From assembly GCF_006345805.1 (NCBI RefSeq), contig NC_043021.1, positions 14,260,001-14,324,000 on the forward strand: a stretch of 64,000 nucleotides of DNA. The letters are read 5' to 3'. The stretch is from Octopus sinensis. Lineage: Eukaryota. The translations under genes and the position numbers were made by a program. Below the pieces are notes generated by a model. It was not told where the DNA came from, made no database searches, and saw nothing but the letters and a program-made list of their open reading frames with translations. Of this stretch, positions 14,696 through 64,000 are shown piece after piece (within the stretch, counting starts at the first letter, position 1; each line of letters begins with the position of its first letter).

Positions 14696-14730
<35 letters not shown>
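13932..14730. repeat. Direct tandem duplication, unit about 391-397 bp, bounded by (TG)n tracts
   Basis: atgcaacaaccacatatgtaaaac at 13951 and 14348; both copies end ggtttctgttattgagg (14307 and 14698); visible differences lie in the internal (AT)n/(CA)n tracts. Confidence 0.92.
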
Positions 14731-14735
<5 letters not shown>

Positions 14736-17215
14736 GCGCACATATAATTGGAATGCATGAATGATAAAATGTCCTAAAAAGTAATGTACATATAGGATAA
14801 AAACCTCAATGAACCATTTTAAGAGCATGACAGCCAATATGTCTGACCACGATTAACTCTGGACCGTGTCAAAACTGGACTATGAGCAACAAACAATGCC
14901 TGATACCTCATTAACTAGCTATCTATCAATCTTAAAAAAGAAAAACAAAAAAAAAAATGAAAGAAACATCCGTTAAAAAGTAGGGTGATCCAGAAAATAT
15001 ACATCAAACATCAACCCCAATCAGAAACACACGGCCATAAACACACACAACTTTTAAATTAATGCATTGCATTATCCTAGAGAAATACTAAATACAATCA
15101 TACACACACACACACACACACTTATGTGAAAACTGTGAAGAAGATTTATAGCACAACTCAATTTGGGAAGTGAGGTTGCTTGTTTTTTTTGGGTTTTTTT
15201 TTCTTTGTCTGGGATCTGGAAAGTTTCAAGCCTACCACTTCTGAAGTTTGCACACAGTATGAGTAATTAAGTAGAGGAAAAAAAAACAACAACAAACCCC
15301 AACCCTTCCTGTATGATTTCATTAACAGAGACTTCATCAGGATACCAGGTACAAAGGTACAATAACAAAAAAGCAAAATTTTAAGGAGAGAATGAAAGGG
15401 TAGCGGGGAGGATGTCTCTTAAGGAATAGAAATTACCAGAGAGATAATGAAAGTAATCTTTTTTTTTACCACAGCCATGTGGAGAGGAATGATGGCTTTG
15501 GTAAACATTTTAATAGTTGTTAGGAGTCTTCTAACTACATCTGTTGACTGTTCAACTTTGAGCTGTAAATGATGATGGTTGTCAGGTTTTCCAAGAGGAA
15601 TGGGAGCATGTAGCGTTAGGTGTGTTTGTGTATAGTTTGTCACGTTTTGGGAGCTCAACAACACAACATAATGGCCCAAGAAAGGCTCAAAACCACAACT
15701 GGGATTGTTGTGTTAGCTTCACAACAAATGCTGCAATGAAGCGAAGTACACTCACACTCTTGCAGTACCATTAGTTAAAAATGTACTATGACTTATGTTT
15801 TGAATGAATGAAGAGTCTATACTGTATGTACAATAGTAGTGAAGGTCACCAATTTGGATTGTCTTTAAATCTGGTTTCACCGGCAATGAAAGAAACTACT
15901 CGCTAATGAAAATGGCCCAGAACAAGAGCAATTGAGCAGCCTGCAAATTAATAAATACAGAAATGTCGATATACTTGGACATGTAATGGTGTGAAATATT
16001 AGGTGAAAATGACAAATAGTTATTTTACACACATTCAGACTGACAAAAATGGTAGAGGTTCATAGTATATTGCCCCCTGCTTCCTCAACAAAATACATGC
16101 TCAATGTTTGCCTAAAGCAAATACAGACCACTGACTCCTATCAACTCAAGATCTATGCTCAACATATCTTGAGTAAAAATAGACTGTTGCCACCTGCCTC
16201 TTCCAGAAGATCTAGACTCAATATTTGTCTAGAGCAAACAAGACAAGGCAATATATCTGAGCTCTAAATAACTTGTGTTCATCTCTGGTGCCTCTGCATT
16301 ACATTTCTGCCAAACCTGCTCACTTAGACCCTCAATCTAGCTTATTGGGAAGGTCATGGTTGGAACATCTTTATCATCACAAGTCTACGGGAACAGGGCT
16401 GGTGTGGAATAAATAAGCGGACACTTCTAGAAACAGAGTGAAAGAAACCGAAAAAGCAGAGAACTAGCATGAAAAACCTAAAAATCAGAGAGCTGGGTTG
16501 TTGGTATACCAGTGAATGGGTAAAAGCTAACAAATGACTGGGAATACCGTATGTGTGTGTGTGTGAGTGGGTGGGTGTATAGTAAACACTAACCCATTTG
16601 TATTCACACACAGTACGAACATATTTTCATGATGCAGATGTGTGTAATCGCTTTGTAGACATACACACACGACAACCACGCGCCCACCTACATGCAGACA
16701 TACGTACACATGGACTTAAGATTACACCGATTTATGCGTGTGCATGAGAAAGGTGGTCAGATAAAATGAGAGTATGTCGTTAAGGTGTTAAATTTTAGAA
16801 GGCGAACACTGGCGCCCTCCCCACTTACACACACACACACACAGTCTCTAAAATAATGTTCAGTTTAAATAAATGTAGTGTTGCAATGATGTTTGTTGCA
16901 GTTTTGGTAATAGTAGTAGTAATAATAGTAACAGAATTGCGATGATGTTGGTAGTAGTAGTAGTAATAGCAACAAAAACCATAGAATTGGTGGTAGTAGC
17001 AGTAGTAGTAATAGAAGTAGTAGTAGTAGCAGTGTTGGTGGTGGTAGTAGTGGTGGTGGTGGTAGTAGTAGTAGTAGTAGTTGTAATAGCAGCAGGAGAA
17101 AAACAAGAGAAGCTGGCAGTTGGCTGCCATTTCAAACTGGAATGGGGGGGGGGGGGGCAGGGGGGGGAAGGAAGAAAGAGGGAAAGAGAGAGAGAGAGAG
17201 AGAAGACAGAGGGAA

Positions 17216-17246
<31 letters not shown>

Positions 17247-17498
17247 ATGTGTGTGTGCACAAGTGTGTTAAAGAAAATAAAATGACAAGGACGTAAAGAA
17301 TGTTTCTTTTTTTTTTTTAAATCTTTCTTTTGAAATGTTATTGTTATATAAATATATATAAAGACAACACACACAGGTAAAAAAAAAAATTTTTTTTTCT
17401 TAAGAACAGAGAGAGAGAGAAATAGAGAACACAAAGAAGGGTTGTAGGGGGGTGGGGAAGTTGAGTGGGGGTAAGGGGGGCGGGAAATTTGGTTGAAA

Positions 17499-54410
<36,912 letters not shown>

Positions 54411-55254
54411 TTATTACACGGTGAAGCTATTAAGCCAGAGCCAATACTGAACAACATGTAGCTACCATATTTGACACTTGCCTAAGGTGTCACACAGTAG
54501 GACTGAACCTGAAACCATGTGGTTGCAAAGCAAGTTTCTTAACCAAATAGCCAGACCTGTGGCCATTTTTAAAACAATAGCCAATAAAATAAATCTATTT
54601 GGCCAATGCTGAGCTGAGTCAAAATACAGCTACAATCAGCCCCCCAGCAAGAAAATAAATTAGTAGACAGAAGTGGGGGGGAGACAATTTTTTAAATATA
54701 GTAAAAAAAAAAAAAAAAAGGAATTGGGGAGAGGTAACAATGGAGTTTAAAACATGTGTCGTATCCAGTGTCTCACAAATTCAAAGCTTATGTAACAGTT
54801 GATCTATCGCAGAGGTACAAAGCCAGAAATACCAGGGAGAGTGGGACATGCGGGGGGGGGGGGGATTTGGAATGAGGGTGTATAGTCAACTATATCAATC
54901 CTACATATTAGGTTGTCAGATAAATTTGTTTATTTTTATTTTTCTACTTGGCATTCTGTTGTCGCAGGTGTGAAAAGAGGTGAAGTTTATTCAAATTTCG
55001 AAAACAATGAACAAAAGTTGTGGAGGAACTACAGAAGAAAACAAAAAAAAAAAACCGAAAAGAAAAGAAACACCCCATAAAATACTGCAATAAAAATATT
55101 TTGTGTGTTATTCAAATTACACTGGGAAACATTAAAATAAACGAACAAATTAATCCGACAACCCAACAGCTGAGTGGTACTATATCCAACTGGACTGAAC
55201 CTTAATGTTACCCTCATCGAAATCGAATTGAACCAGCCAGGATCCCTGGTCTGG

Positions 55255-55568
55255 TGGTACGTAAAAAGCACTATCCGACTCGTGGCCGATGCCAGCGCCG
55301 CCTCGACTTGCTTCCGTGCCGGTGGCACATAAAATACACCAATCCGACCGTGGCCGTTGCCAGCCTCGCCTGGCACCTGTGCAGGTGGCACGTAAAAAGC
55401 ACCCACTACACTCACGGAGTGGTTGGCGTTAGGAAGGGCATCCAGCTGTAGAAACATTGCCAGATAAGACTGGAGCAGCCTTCTGGCTTCCCAGATCCCC
55501 GGTCGAACCGTCTAACCCATGCTAGCATGGAGAACGGACGTTAAACGACGATGATGATGATGATGATG
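55255..55568 (+). mobile_element. SINE-like repeat ending in (GAT)n
   Basis: ggttggcgttaggaagggcatccagctgtagaaac...catgctagcatggagaacggacgttaaacg(atg)n; near-identical reverse copies at about 36753-36900 and 37820-38055. Confidence 0.75.
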
Positions 55569-58252
55569 AATGAGATCTGAACTCAAAACAGCCACAGAGA
55601 AGCTCCCACTTTATAATAATTACTAACATAGGTACAAACAGATTTTGGCGTGGACGAAGAGGTTGCAGATTGGGGAGGTGGAGGAGTTACAAATTTAAAC
55701 CGAATTTCAGTTTAACTGGTTTCGGCACTTCACTGGTACTTTATTGATCTTGGATGGGGACGAAGGACTGAAGTAACCCTAGTAAGATCTGAACCCAGAA
55801 TGAAACCATTACTGTAAAGCATTTCACCTGCTACCCTACCAGCTAATTAGTTAACCGATAACACATTAGTATTATTGGTTAATTAATTACTAATGACTGT
55901 TTGTAACACAGGCACCAAGGCCAGAAACTTTGCGGGTGGAGAATAGCTGGCCATATGGATAGAACCCAGCACCGCGAATGGTACCATTATCTTCTTGACT
56001 TCACATGGATGAAGGGCAAATGGAAGAAGATGACCTACACAAGATTTGAACTCAAAATGTAGATATGATGAAACCAAATACTGCAAAGTATTTCCTCTGC
56101 TACTGTACCTGCCAATCAACCAATACTACTTATAAAACCACCACCAATAATAATAATAGTAATAATAAAATCTTTGAAGTTGTTGATAACATGCCAAGTT
56201 ATGAATCTCCTTGGATTCTGAAGAGAGAAAGAAGAGAGGTAATTATGCTTAATATCCTTTTATCTCCAGGAGGGTGGTAAAGGAGTGGGGGAGGGGAGTC
56301 ATTTCACCTTATGCGATGAAAAAAAAAAAGAAAAACAAAGAAAGAAAGCAGGGTGGAAATAATAACGAATAAACAGATTTAGTAAGCACCCCACTAGGTT
56401 TTTTTTTTACTTTTATTTCTATTTTTTTTTTACACTCACCCACCTGCCTACCTACCCTAACGGGCTAAAATCATACCTGTGCCCCAGAATGGCTCTCCAG
56501 ATACCCTGGCACATTCCCAACTCAGATGTTCAGTGGTGGTGGTGGTGGGTGGTGATGGTGCACACGGAATGCTACCCCTCGCATCACATTGCACCCCCCA
56601 CCCCACCCGTACAACTATCTCGTTAACCACACCTTAGCACCAACTCCCTCTGTACCCTCACCTTCCTTTATCTTCTCGCCACTGTAGCATATCATCCACC
56701 CTGTTAGCACCACCCCCACCCCAAGTTCTTGCAGCAGCAGAAGATGAAGAAGAAGACGACGACGACGACGACGATGATGATGAAAAACACCGAAGAAAGA
56801 AAGAAAGACGTCAGGCTGATTGTGTTGTGCGAAGAACAAGAATAGCCATATATGTATGTATCAAAGTAAACAGAGGCTTTCTCATTTCAAAGAGAAGTGG
56901 GGGTGGGGTGGATGGTGCAGGGAAATGGTTTGATTGGAGGCTCTAACAGCAGCAACAACAACAACAGCAGCAGAAACAAAGAGAAATGATCCTATCTTGA
57001 AAAAAGAGATAGGAGGTGAGCAGGTAGGGAGGCGAGATGATGGGTAGGTAGGAGGTGAGCAAGTAGAAAATGCAGAACAGCTTGGAATAGCTCCACACTT
57101 CGTGTCTTAGTTCACCAAGAAAATGTAGCCAAGATAACAACCAAAATAAATAAATACATGAACTAAAAAAAAATAACAGCCTCCCCATCCAGTTCTTCCA
57201 GGTGAGCCTCTCCTCCTCCTCCTCCTCCAATCTGAAGAGTGAAGGGCAGAGGTGGGTAAAAGGAGTTTAGGTTACATACAGTTACCTTCAAAAATATATA
57301 CTGCAACACACACAGGGCTAGCTAGATAGAGACTGTTGCGTGTGACAGAGCTAGAGAGGGAGGGGGAGAGAGAGATGAGGGGGATGGATAAGAAAAAGGG
57401 TAAGTTAAAGATAAAGGAAGAAGGGGTGGATGTATATGGGAGGGTGCGTGGAATCTAGTAAACAAATTTCTTGAAGTACAAAAGTACAAGCTGACAGAGA
57501 AAATAAATATATCGCCACCGTCTTGCCATCACCAGTCAGTTGGGGATATAACGGTGTGGGAGGATGGATGGATGGATGAAGGCAGGGGGTAAATGAATGG
57601 GGTGGGGAGGAGTAGAAGTTTTCCATGATTCATCATCAACATTTAGTCTATAGACCTTTATATTCAGAGTTTGAATCTCTCCAAGGTCACTTGTCTTTCA
57701 CTTTCCTAAGGTCGATGCAACAAAATACCAGTGGTATACTGATGTCAATCTAGTCACCTGTACTGAATTTGTGGCCTTGTGGCACTCCATTGATTACGAT
57801 GACAATGAGGGCTCCAGTTGATCCGATCAATGGAACAGCCTGCTCATAAAATTAATGTGCAAGTGGCCGAGCGCTCCACAGACTTGTGTACCCTTAACGT
57901 AGTTCTCAGGGAGATTCAGCATGGGACAGAATGGGACAGGGTTGGCCCCTTTGAATTACAGGTACAACTCGTTTTTGCCAGCTGAGTGGACAGGAGTAAT
58001 GTGAAATAAAGTGTCTTGCTTAAGGACACATTGAACTCATGACTATACGATTGTATGCTGAACACCCTAACTATTAAGCCACGTGCTTTGTGGCCTTGTG
58101 TCTATCCTAGAAATCCTCATTATCATTGTGAAGAATTCAAATCTTGCCAAGGTAAACCATAGTATTCCATTCAAGTACAGAGATGTGATATAATCAATGA
58201 ATAACCCCTGTATTCAAAAATTATTAACCTGCCTTGTAGGGACTCTCTAAGT

Positions 58253-58407
58253 CAGTGGTTCCCAACCTGTGATCTGCAAAGGTAGTACTGGGGGACCATG
58301 AACTAAATTTAAAATTTCATATAAGAATAAGCATATTAAAAGGGGTCTGTGGGAAAACTCATTTAAATAAAAGGGGTCCTTGGTAGTGAAAAGGTTGGGA
58401 ACCACTG
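58253..58407. mobile_element. hAT-type MITE, 155 bp
   Basis: Perfect 16-bp TIR cagtggttcccaacct / aggttgggaaccactg; 8-bp TSD ctctaagt / ttctaagt. Confidence 0.85.
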
Positions 58408-58912
58408 TTCTAAGTCAATGTTGTCTATGCAGTGGAACTGAACCTGAAACCATGAGGCACAGCTGTGTGGTTAAGACACTTGTCCAAGGTGCTGTACACT
58501 GTGATTGAACCCAAAACTACATTGTAAAGCTACATTTTTTTTTCAAAATTTACTTTACATCCATTCTATATTAGCACAGGATAGGTGAATACATTACTGA
58601 GACATTGTTGTAACAGCTGGATGACCTTGCTGGTTAGGGTGTTGCACTCACAATCGCGAGGTTGTGGTTTCAATTCCTAGATCGGGTGGTGTGTTGTGTT
58701 CTTGAGCAAATCACTTCATCTCACGATCTGGGGTCACTTCGACACCTGGTGCATGGCACACCGTGGTCCTGCTCAGGCAACGTCGATTTGCTAGAAACAA
58801 TGAGCTAAAGTACAGCACACACATTTGATCACTAAACAAATCATTTGTGCAGATCTTTTGGTAAAAGAGCTGAACGCTCACACGTTGTCTCCGACGGGAG
58901 AGTCTGCCATAC

Positions 58913-58943
<31 letters not shown>

Positions 58944-59322
58944 TGATACACAGCGAAGCCAAGAAACAATGACCAAACCACAGATGATATACAACAAGAT
59001 TGATATCAAGTAATTCTAATTTTGGTACAAGGCCAGATTGATATCTAATAATATTGTTACAAACTAATGATTTCTTAGAGACAAAGGCCTCGAATTTGGT
59101 GGAGGGGGGTGGGGCGAAGAGCTGGAACAAAAGCTTTTGTCCATATAACGAAATGTAGAATAACACAGTAAAAGTAAAAATAGAAGTTTAATATGTGTAT
59201 ACTGTTTAAGCTGAGGTCAGTCTTGTTTGTGCAGACGTGTTCTTCAATGCATTCCGGTAGTGACCATCCCATCTTTTTCTTAAACAGTTTGTTTAGGACT
59301 ACATCAACGAATGCGTTTTTTT

Positions 59323-60235
59323 TTAACCCTTTATCATTTAAGATTATTCTCTGAAATGAAATGTTTGTTTATTCATGTTGTTTTGAATTGATCACGCATC
59401 GTCTTGTAGCTTTGAGATTTCCATGTGGTTGTTTAATTTTGGAATGAGATTGTTGGCTAGGCGAGAGAAGCCAGACAAGGCTGGCTAGAATATTTGAGCC
59501 AGGTATGGCCAGTTTAAATGCTCAAGTGTTAATAGGTAGGAAGGATGGGATTTGGTTGCTATTTCTAGCAGGTCAATCGAAAGGTGGTTGTTTAATTTTA
59601 GAATGAGATTGTTGGCTAGGTGAGAGAAGCCAGACAAGGCTGGCTAGAATATTTGAGCCAGGTATGGCCAGTTTAAATGCTCAAGTGTTAATAGGTAGGA
59701 AAGATGGGATTTGGTTGCTATTTCTAGCAGGTCAATCGAAAGGTGGTTATTTAATTTTAGAATGAGATTGTTGGCTAGGTGAGAAAAGCCAGACAAGGCT
59801 GGCTAGAATATTTGAGCCAGGTATGGCCAGTTTAAATGCTCAAGTGTTAATAAGTAGGAAGGATGGGATTTGGTTGCTATTTCTAGCAGGTCAATCGAAA
59901 GGTGGTTGTTTAATTTTAGAATGAGATTGTTGGCTAGGTGAGAGAAGCCAGACAAGGCTGGCTAGAATATTTGAGCCAGGTATGGCCAGTTTAAATGCTC
60001 AAGTGTTAATAGGTAGGAAGGATGGGATTTGGTTGCTATTTCTAGCAGGTCAATCGAAAGGTGGTTGTTTAATTTTAGAATGAAATTGTTGGCTAGGTGA
60101 GAGAAGCCAGACCTGGCTGGTTGGAATATAAAACAGGTAGACTATTTGAGCCAGGTATGGCTAGTTTAAATGCTTAAGTGTTAATAGGTAGGAAGGATGG
60201 GATTTGGTTGCTATTTCTAGCAGGTCAATCGAAAG
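59323..60235. repeat. piggyBac-like MITE whose right end plus flank is tandemly amplified five times (159-bp unit)
   Basis: Units start at 59425, 59584, 59743, 59902 and 60061. Left TIR TTAACCCTTTATCATTTAA matches TTAAATGCTCAAGTGTTAA in each unit (16/19). Confidence 0.75.
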
Positions 60236-60995
60236 GCTTCATCATGTCTACAATGGCTATCAAAATGTAAATTGTCTTAGTTCCAATACACCATCTCAGT
60301 TCAAACCACCTGCTAATCAAGTCGAATGCAATGATAATAGTAATAATAATACTAATAATAACAATAATAATAATAATAATAATAATAATTTATTTGCTAC
60401 AGGTGTATATGTGACAGAGGTGGGGGAGAGACAAGGAAGGGGAAGAGAGGGGGAGAGACAGAGGGTGAGGAGAGAGAGAATATTTGTGTTTACTATTAAA
60501 ATGTATCCTGTAAGGCAACTGCCAAGTACAATAGACAACAATGACACGGGGAGAGAGAGAGAGAGAGAGACGTCATCCAAGAATTAGTAGAAAGAAACAT
60601 TCTGTGATAGCTGTCTACATTCTTGCAGCAGTAGTAGTAGCAGCAGCAGCAGCAGCAGTAGTAGTCGTAGTAGTATTTGTAGTTTGTAAAAAGCTTTTGA
60701 TATTCAAGCGAGAACAGTTGTTACATACTGATTATTGTATAATTATATTTGGAGAGGACACAGCATATAATTTTGCTTGTGTGTGTGCGTGTGGGTGGGT
60801 ATATAGGGAATATATATATCTTCCCTTAGTCTTGTTTAATCTTTTGCAGGTGCTTGTCAGCCATTGTACTGTGGCCATTCTGGGGCACAAGTTTTCTAAA
60901 CTGTGTTCAATTATTGTTGAAGCCAGTACTAGTTTCGGGTTTGGTTGGATGGAAAGGAAATCAGTGTGGATGTAGAGTAGGGATATTTGAATGAA

Positions 60996-61049
<54 letters not shown>

Positions 61050-61056
<7 letters not shown>

Positions 61057-61615
61057 TATCATATACAGATCGTTGAATAAGAAAATAACAGAGGGAAAAT
61101 ATAATCAATGAGAGAGCGAGGGAAAGCACAGAGAGAGAGAGAGAGAGAGAGAGAAAGCAGAGAGTGAGAGCACAAGAAAAAGAGAGAAAAAGAGCGCGAG
61201 AAAACGAGTGGGAGAGAGAGCACAGGAAAGGGAGAGAGAGAACAAGAGAGAGAGAAAGAGACCAAGAGAAAGAGAGCAAGAGAGAGAGAGAGAGACCAAA
61301 AGAAAGAGAGCGAGAGAGAGAGAGCGAGAGAGGGAGAGAGCAAGAGAGAGGAAGAGAGCAAGAGAGAGGAAGAGAGCAAGAGAGAGGGAGAGAGCAAGAG
61401 AGAGGGAGAGAGCAAGAGAGAGGGAGAGAGCAAGAGAGAGGAGAGAGCAAGAGAGAGCGAGAGAGAGAGAGAGAGCAAGAGAGAGAGGGAGAGAGCAAGA
61501 GAGAGAGAGAGAGAGCAAGAGAGGGAGAGAGCAAGAGAGGGAGAGAGCAGAGAGAGAGAGAGAGCAAGAGAGAGAGAGAGAGAGATAGAGCAAGAAAGCG
61601 AGAGAGAAGGTGAGA
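61050..61615. repeat. GA-rich satellite with gagagcaagagagagg units
   Basis: Polypurine tract; similar tracts at 21020-21365, 38585-38820 and 63720-64000. Confidence 0.9.
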
Positions 61616-63032
61616 ATGAGAGCAGGTGGAATGTAAAATTACAAACAACCAGAAACAACTGGGAATGGGTGTCTTCTGGGAGGTGGTGGAGGTGGTGGTT
61701 AAACTGGATATTGGAAGGGGAGTGTGAGGAGGAGAATGAGAGATTGGAGGAGAGGGGGTGTACGTTAAGAGAAAGCCAACAGAAAAACCAGCAGAAAGTC
61801 AGATCAGGGAAAATCCACAACAAAGAGATGCCGCAGCAGCTACTGATGCAGCCGCTGCAACAGCTATTGCTGCAGCATCAACAGCTGTTGTTGCTGCTGC
61901 TGCAGCATTTAATAGGGGAGCCTCAGATGGAAGCTGCTCGACCCGCTAGAAATAGCAGCCAAACCAGTCTCAAAACCCACAGCCAACCATTCAAAAAGAA
62001 AAGTAAAAAAAAAAAAAGGGGTCATATGTGTGTGTGTGGTGTGTGTGTGTGTGTGTGTGTCATGTGTGTGTGTTTGTAAGGCTACGTTGTCCTGTGTTTG
62101 AATATTAAGACGAATAATCATGGCATCATGGCTGTAATTCTTTTGACCTGTAAGCCTGCTCAATCAAGCCTGACCTAGGGCTAAACCAGGACAACCAACA
62201 GAAACTACATTGGGCACCACCAATGCAACCACCAACACCACCATCAAAGCTACTTTACTACTACTACTACTACTACCACCACCACCAATGACAACCATCA
62301 CCACTACTACTACTACCCCCACAATCACAGCTACCACTACCAACACTACCTGTACCACAATAATCATGGCTACTACCACCACTGTTACTACTAATGACCA
62401 TTGTACCACTACAACAATAGCCACCACTGCACCTGCTACAACAACTACTATTACCACTAGTATGAATATGACCAGCACCACGACGACTACAGCCATTACA
62501 GCAATCACTACTATCCCCAGAACAACAACAACAATCACCGCTGCTGCTACTGCTATCGCTACTACAATTATTGTGACCATTACAACAACCACGACTACTG
62601 CTGCTGCTGCTGCTGCTACTACTACTACTACCACCGCCGCCGTCATTTTCACCACATCCACCACCATCACCAGAATTGGTAGACAGTAATACAAAGCATT
62701 TGCAGCAATGATGAAGAGCGACTGTTTGTAGTAAACAGCAAAAACCCCTCCCGACATAAGTAGTTCAGTCGTTGATGTTGACAATCAATGTCGGAGGACA
62801 TTGAGGGGCGGTGGTGCCAACGACAACGACGATGATGGTGGCGGCGGCGGTGGTGGTCATTGATTGAATGATTGATTGATTGATCTGGCACTCAAACAAG
62901 TACCTCCATTCTCTCTAGCATCGTCGTCGTCATTGCCACCAATAATAATAATAATATAATAATAATAATATTAATTAATTCTTGTTTTATTGGCCACAAG
63001 GCTCTAATATAAATCAAAAACATTGTAAGGAC

Positions 63033-63191
63033 AAAGGCAGGACGAAAAGTACAAAGGGTTTTGTTCAAAAAGAAAGGTCCGTGTAAAAGGCAGGACGAAA
63101 AGTACAAAGGGTTTTGTCCAAAAAGAAAGGTCCGTGTAAAAGGCAGGACGAAAAGTACAAAGGGTCTTGTCCAAAAAGAAAGGTCCGTGTA
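63033..63191. repeat. 53-bp tandem repeat, 3 copies, possibly within a LINE 3' end
   Basis: aaaggcaggacgaaaagtacaaagggttttgtccaaaaagaaaggtccgtgta at 63033, 63086 and 63139. Confidence 0.85.
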
Positions 63192-64000
63192 AACATTAAC
63201 AGCCCAAAATATAAATAAGCTCCCAATAGGGGGGAGGCGCTTTGAAAGGTTACACGTGGAAAAACCCATAAAAGCCACAGGAGCCTGGTCAAAAGGGGGT
63301 AGAGAGCCCCTTCTCCTTATATAATAATAATAATAATGACAATGGCAGTGTAATTAGCATCAACATTATTACATCACCAACACCACAAGCTGCCATAGTG
63401 TAAGCTTGGCTTAGCTTAGCTCACATTGATGTTATCAACAGTAACAAACAGTAAACATTGCCAGTGCCTCCACTGCTGCCATCAGTGGTGGTGACCACAT
63501 ATACCACTATTAAGAACTGTATGCAATAAGCTTTAGAATAATAGCTAACCCTTTTCCACCACACACCTTCATCATCATCGTCATCATCATCATCATCATC
63601 AATGTGATCTTGCAGAATAATTGGGTTGAATTTACTCCCTGTACTTTATTTTTAATTTTCTATTTTTTTTTCCTTTTTGGTGTGGGGGGGGGTGAGAGTT
63701 ACATAATGATAGTGCTAGAATAATGAAGGGGGGGAGAAAGGGAAGAGCAAGGAGAGGGAAAGGGGAGAACAAGGGAAGGGGAGGGGAAGGAGAGAGAGGC
63801 AGGGGAGAGCAAGGAGATAAGGGGAGGAGAGCAAGGAGAGAGGGGGAATGAGGAGAGCAAGGAGAGAATGGGATGAGGAGAGCAAGGAGAGAGGGGGAAT
63901 GAGGAGAGCAAGGAGAGAGAGGGTGAATGAGGAGAGCAAGGAGAGCGGAAGGAGGAGAGCAAGGAGAGGGGGAAGGAGGAGAGCAGGGAGAGGGGGGAGA

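Noticed and set aside
60929-61823. Long Leu/Ser or Arg/Glu ORFs of 126-254 aa
   Set aside because: They are translations of a GA/CT satellite.
61828-61907. Mixed CAG/CTG tract resembling polyQ/polyA coding sequence
   Set aside because: It is short and degenerate, with no flanking exon signals or recognisable protein. It is most likely an intronic microsatellite.
62164-62784. Long poly-Thr / poly-Val ORFs (also 16825-17271)
   Set aside because: These are degenerate trinucleotide microsatellites with no splice context or domain.

Overview
This is eukaryotic (animal) genomic DNA, AT-rich and dense in microsatellites and SINEs. The repeat landscape looks like a coleoid cephalopod, probably Octopus (inference). 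One gene dominates: a SERCA-type P2A Ca2+-ATPase on the minus strand. I traced 20 in-frame coding exons by hand from 54377 down to 17585. They total 2650 nt, from ERNAE... to ...ARKFSD, and include the TGES, PEGL, DKTGT, KGAPE, TGDN and GDGVND motifs. The N-terminal exons (about 108 aa) were not found and probably lie beyond position 64000. Three splicing features stand out. (1) A 921-nt AT-AC (U12, minor-spliceosome) intron with a consensus 5' site and branch point interrupts the P-domain just after GDGVND. (2) Two duplicated 134-nt exons, most likely mutually exclusive, encode alternative luminal L7-8 loops with an identical M8 helix. (3) A weak terminal donor can be read through into a 28-aa hydrophobic TM11-like tail; candidate short-tail exons lie further downstream. 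The rest is introns and downstream sequence with SINEs (some with TSDs), two non-autonomous Helitrons, MITEs, RTE-like LINE remnants, minisatellites and a perfect 47-bp hairpin. Almost all supplied ORFs are low-complexity artefacts.
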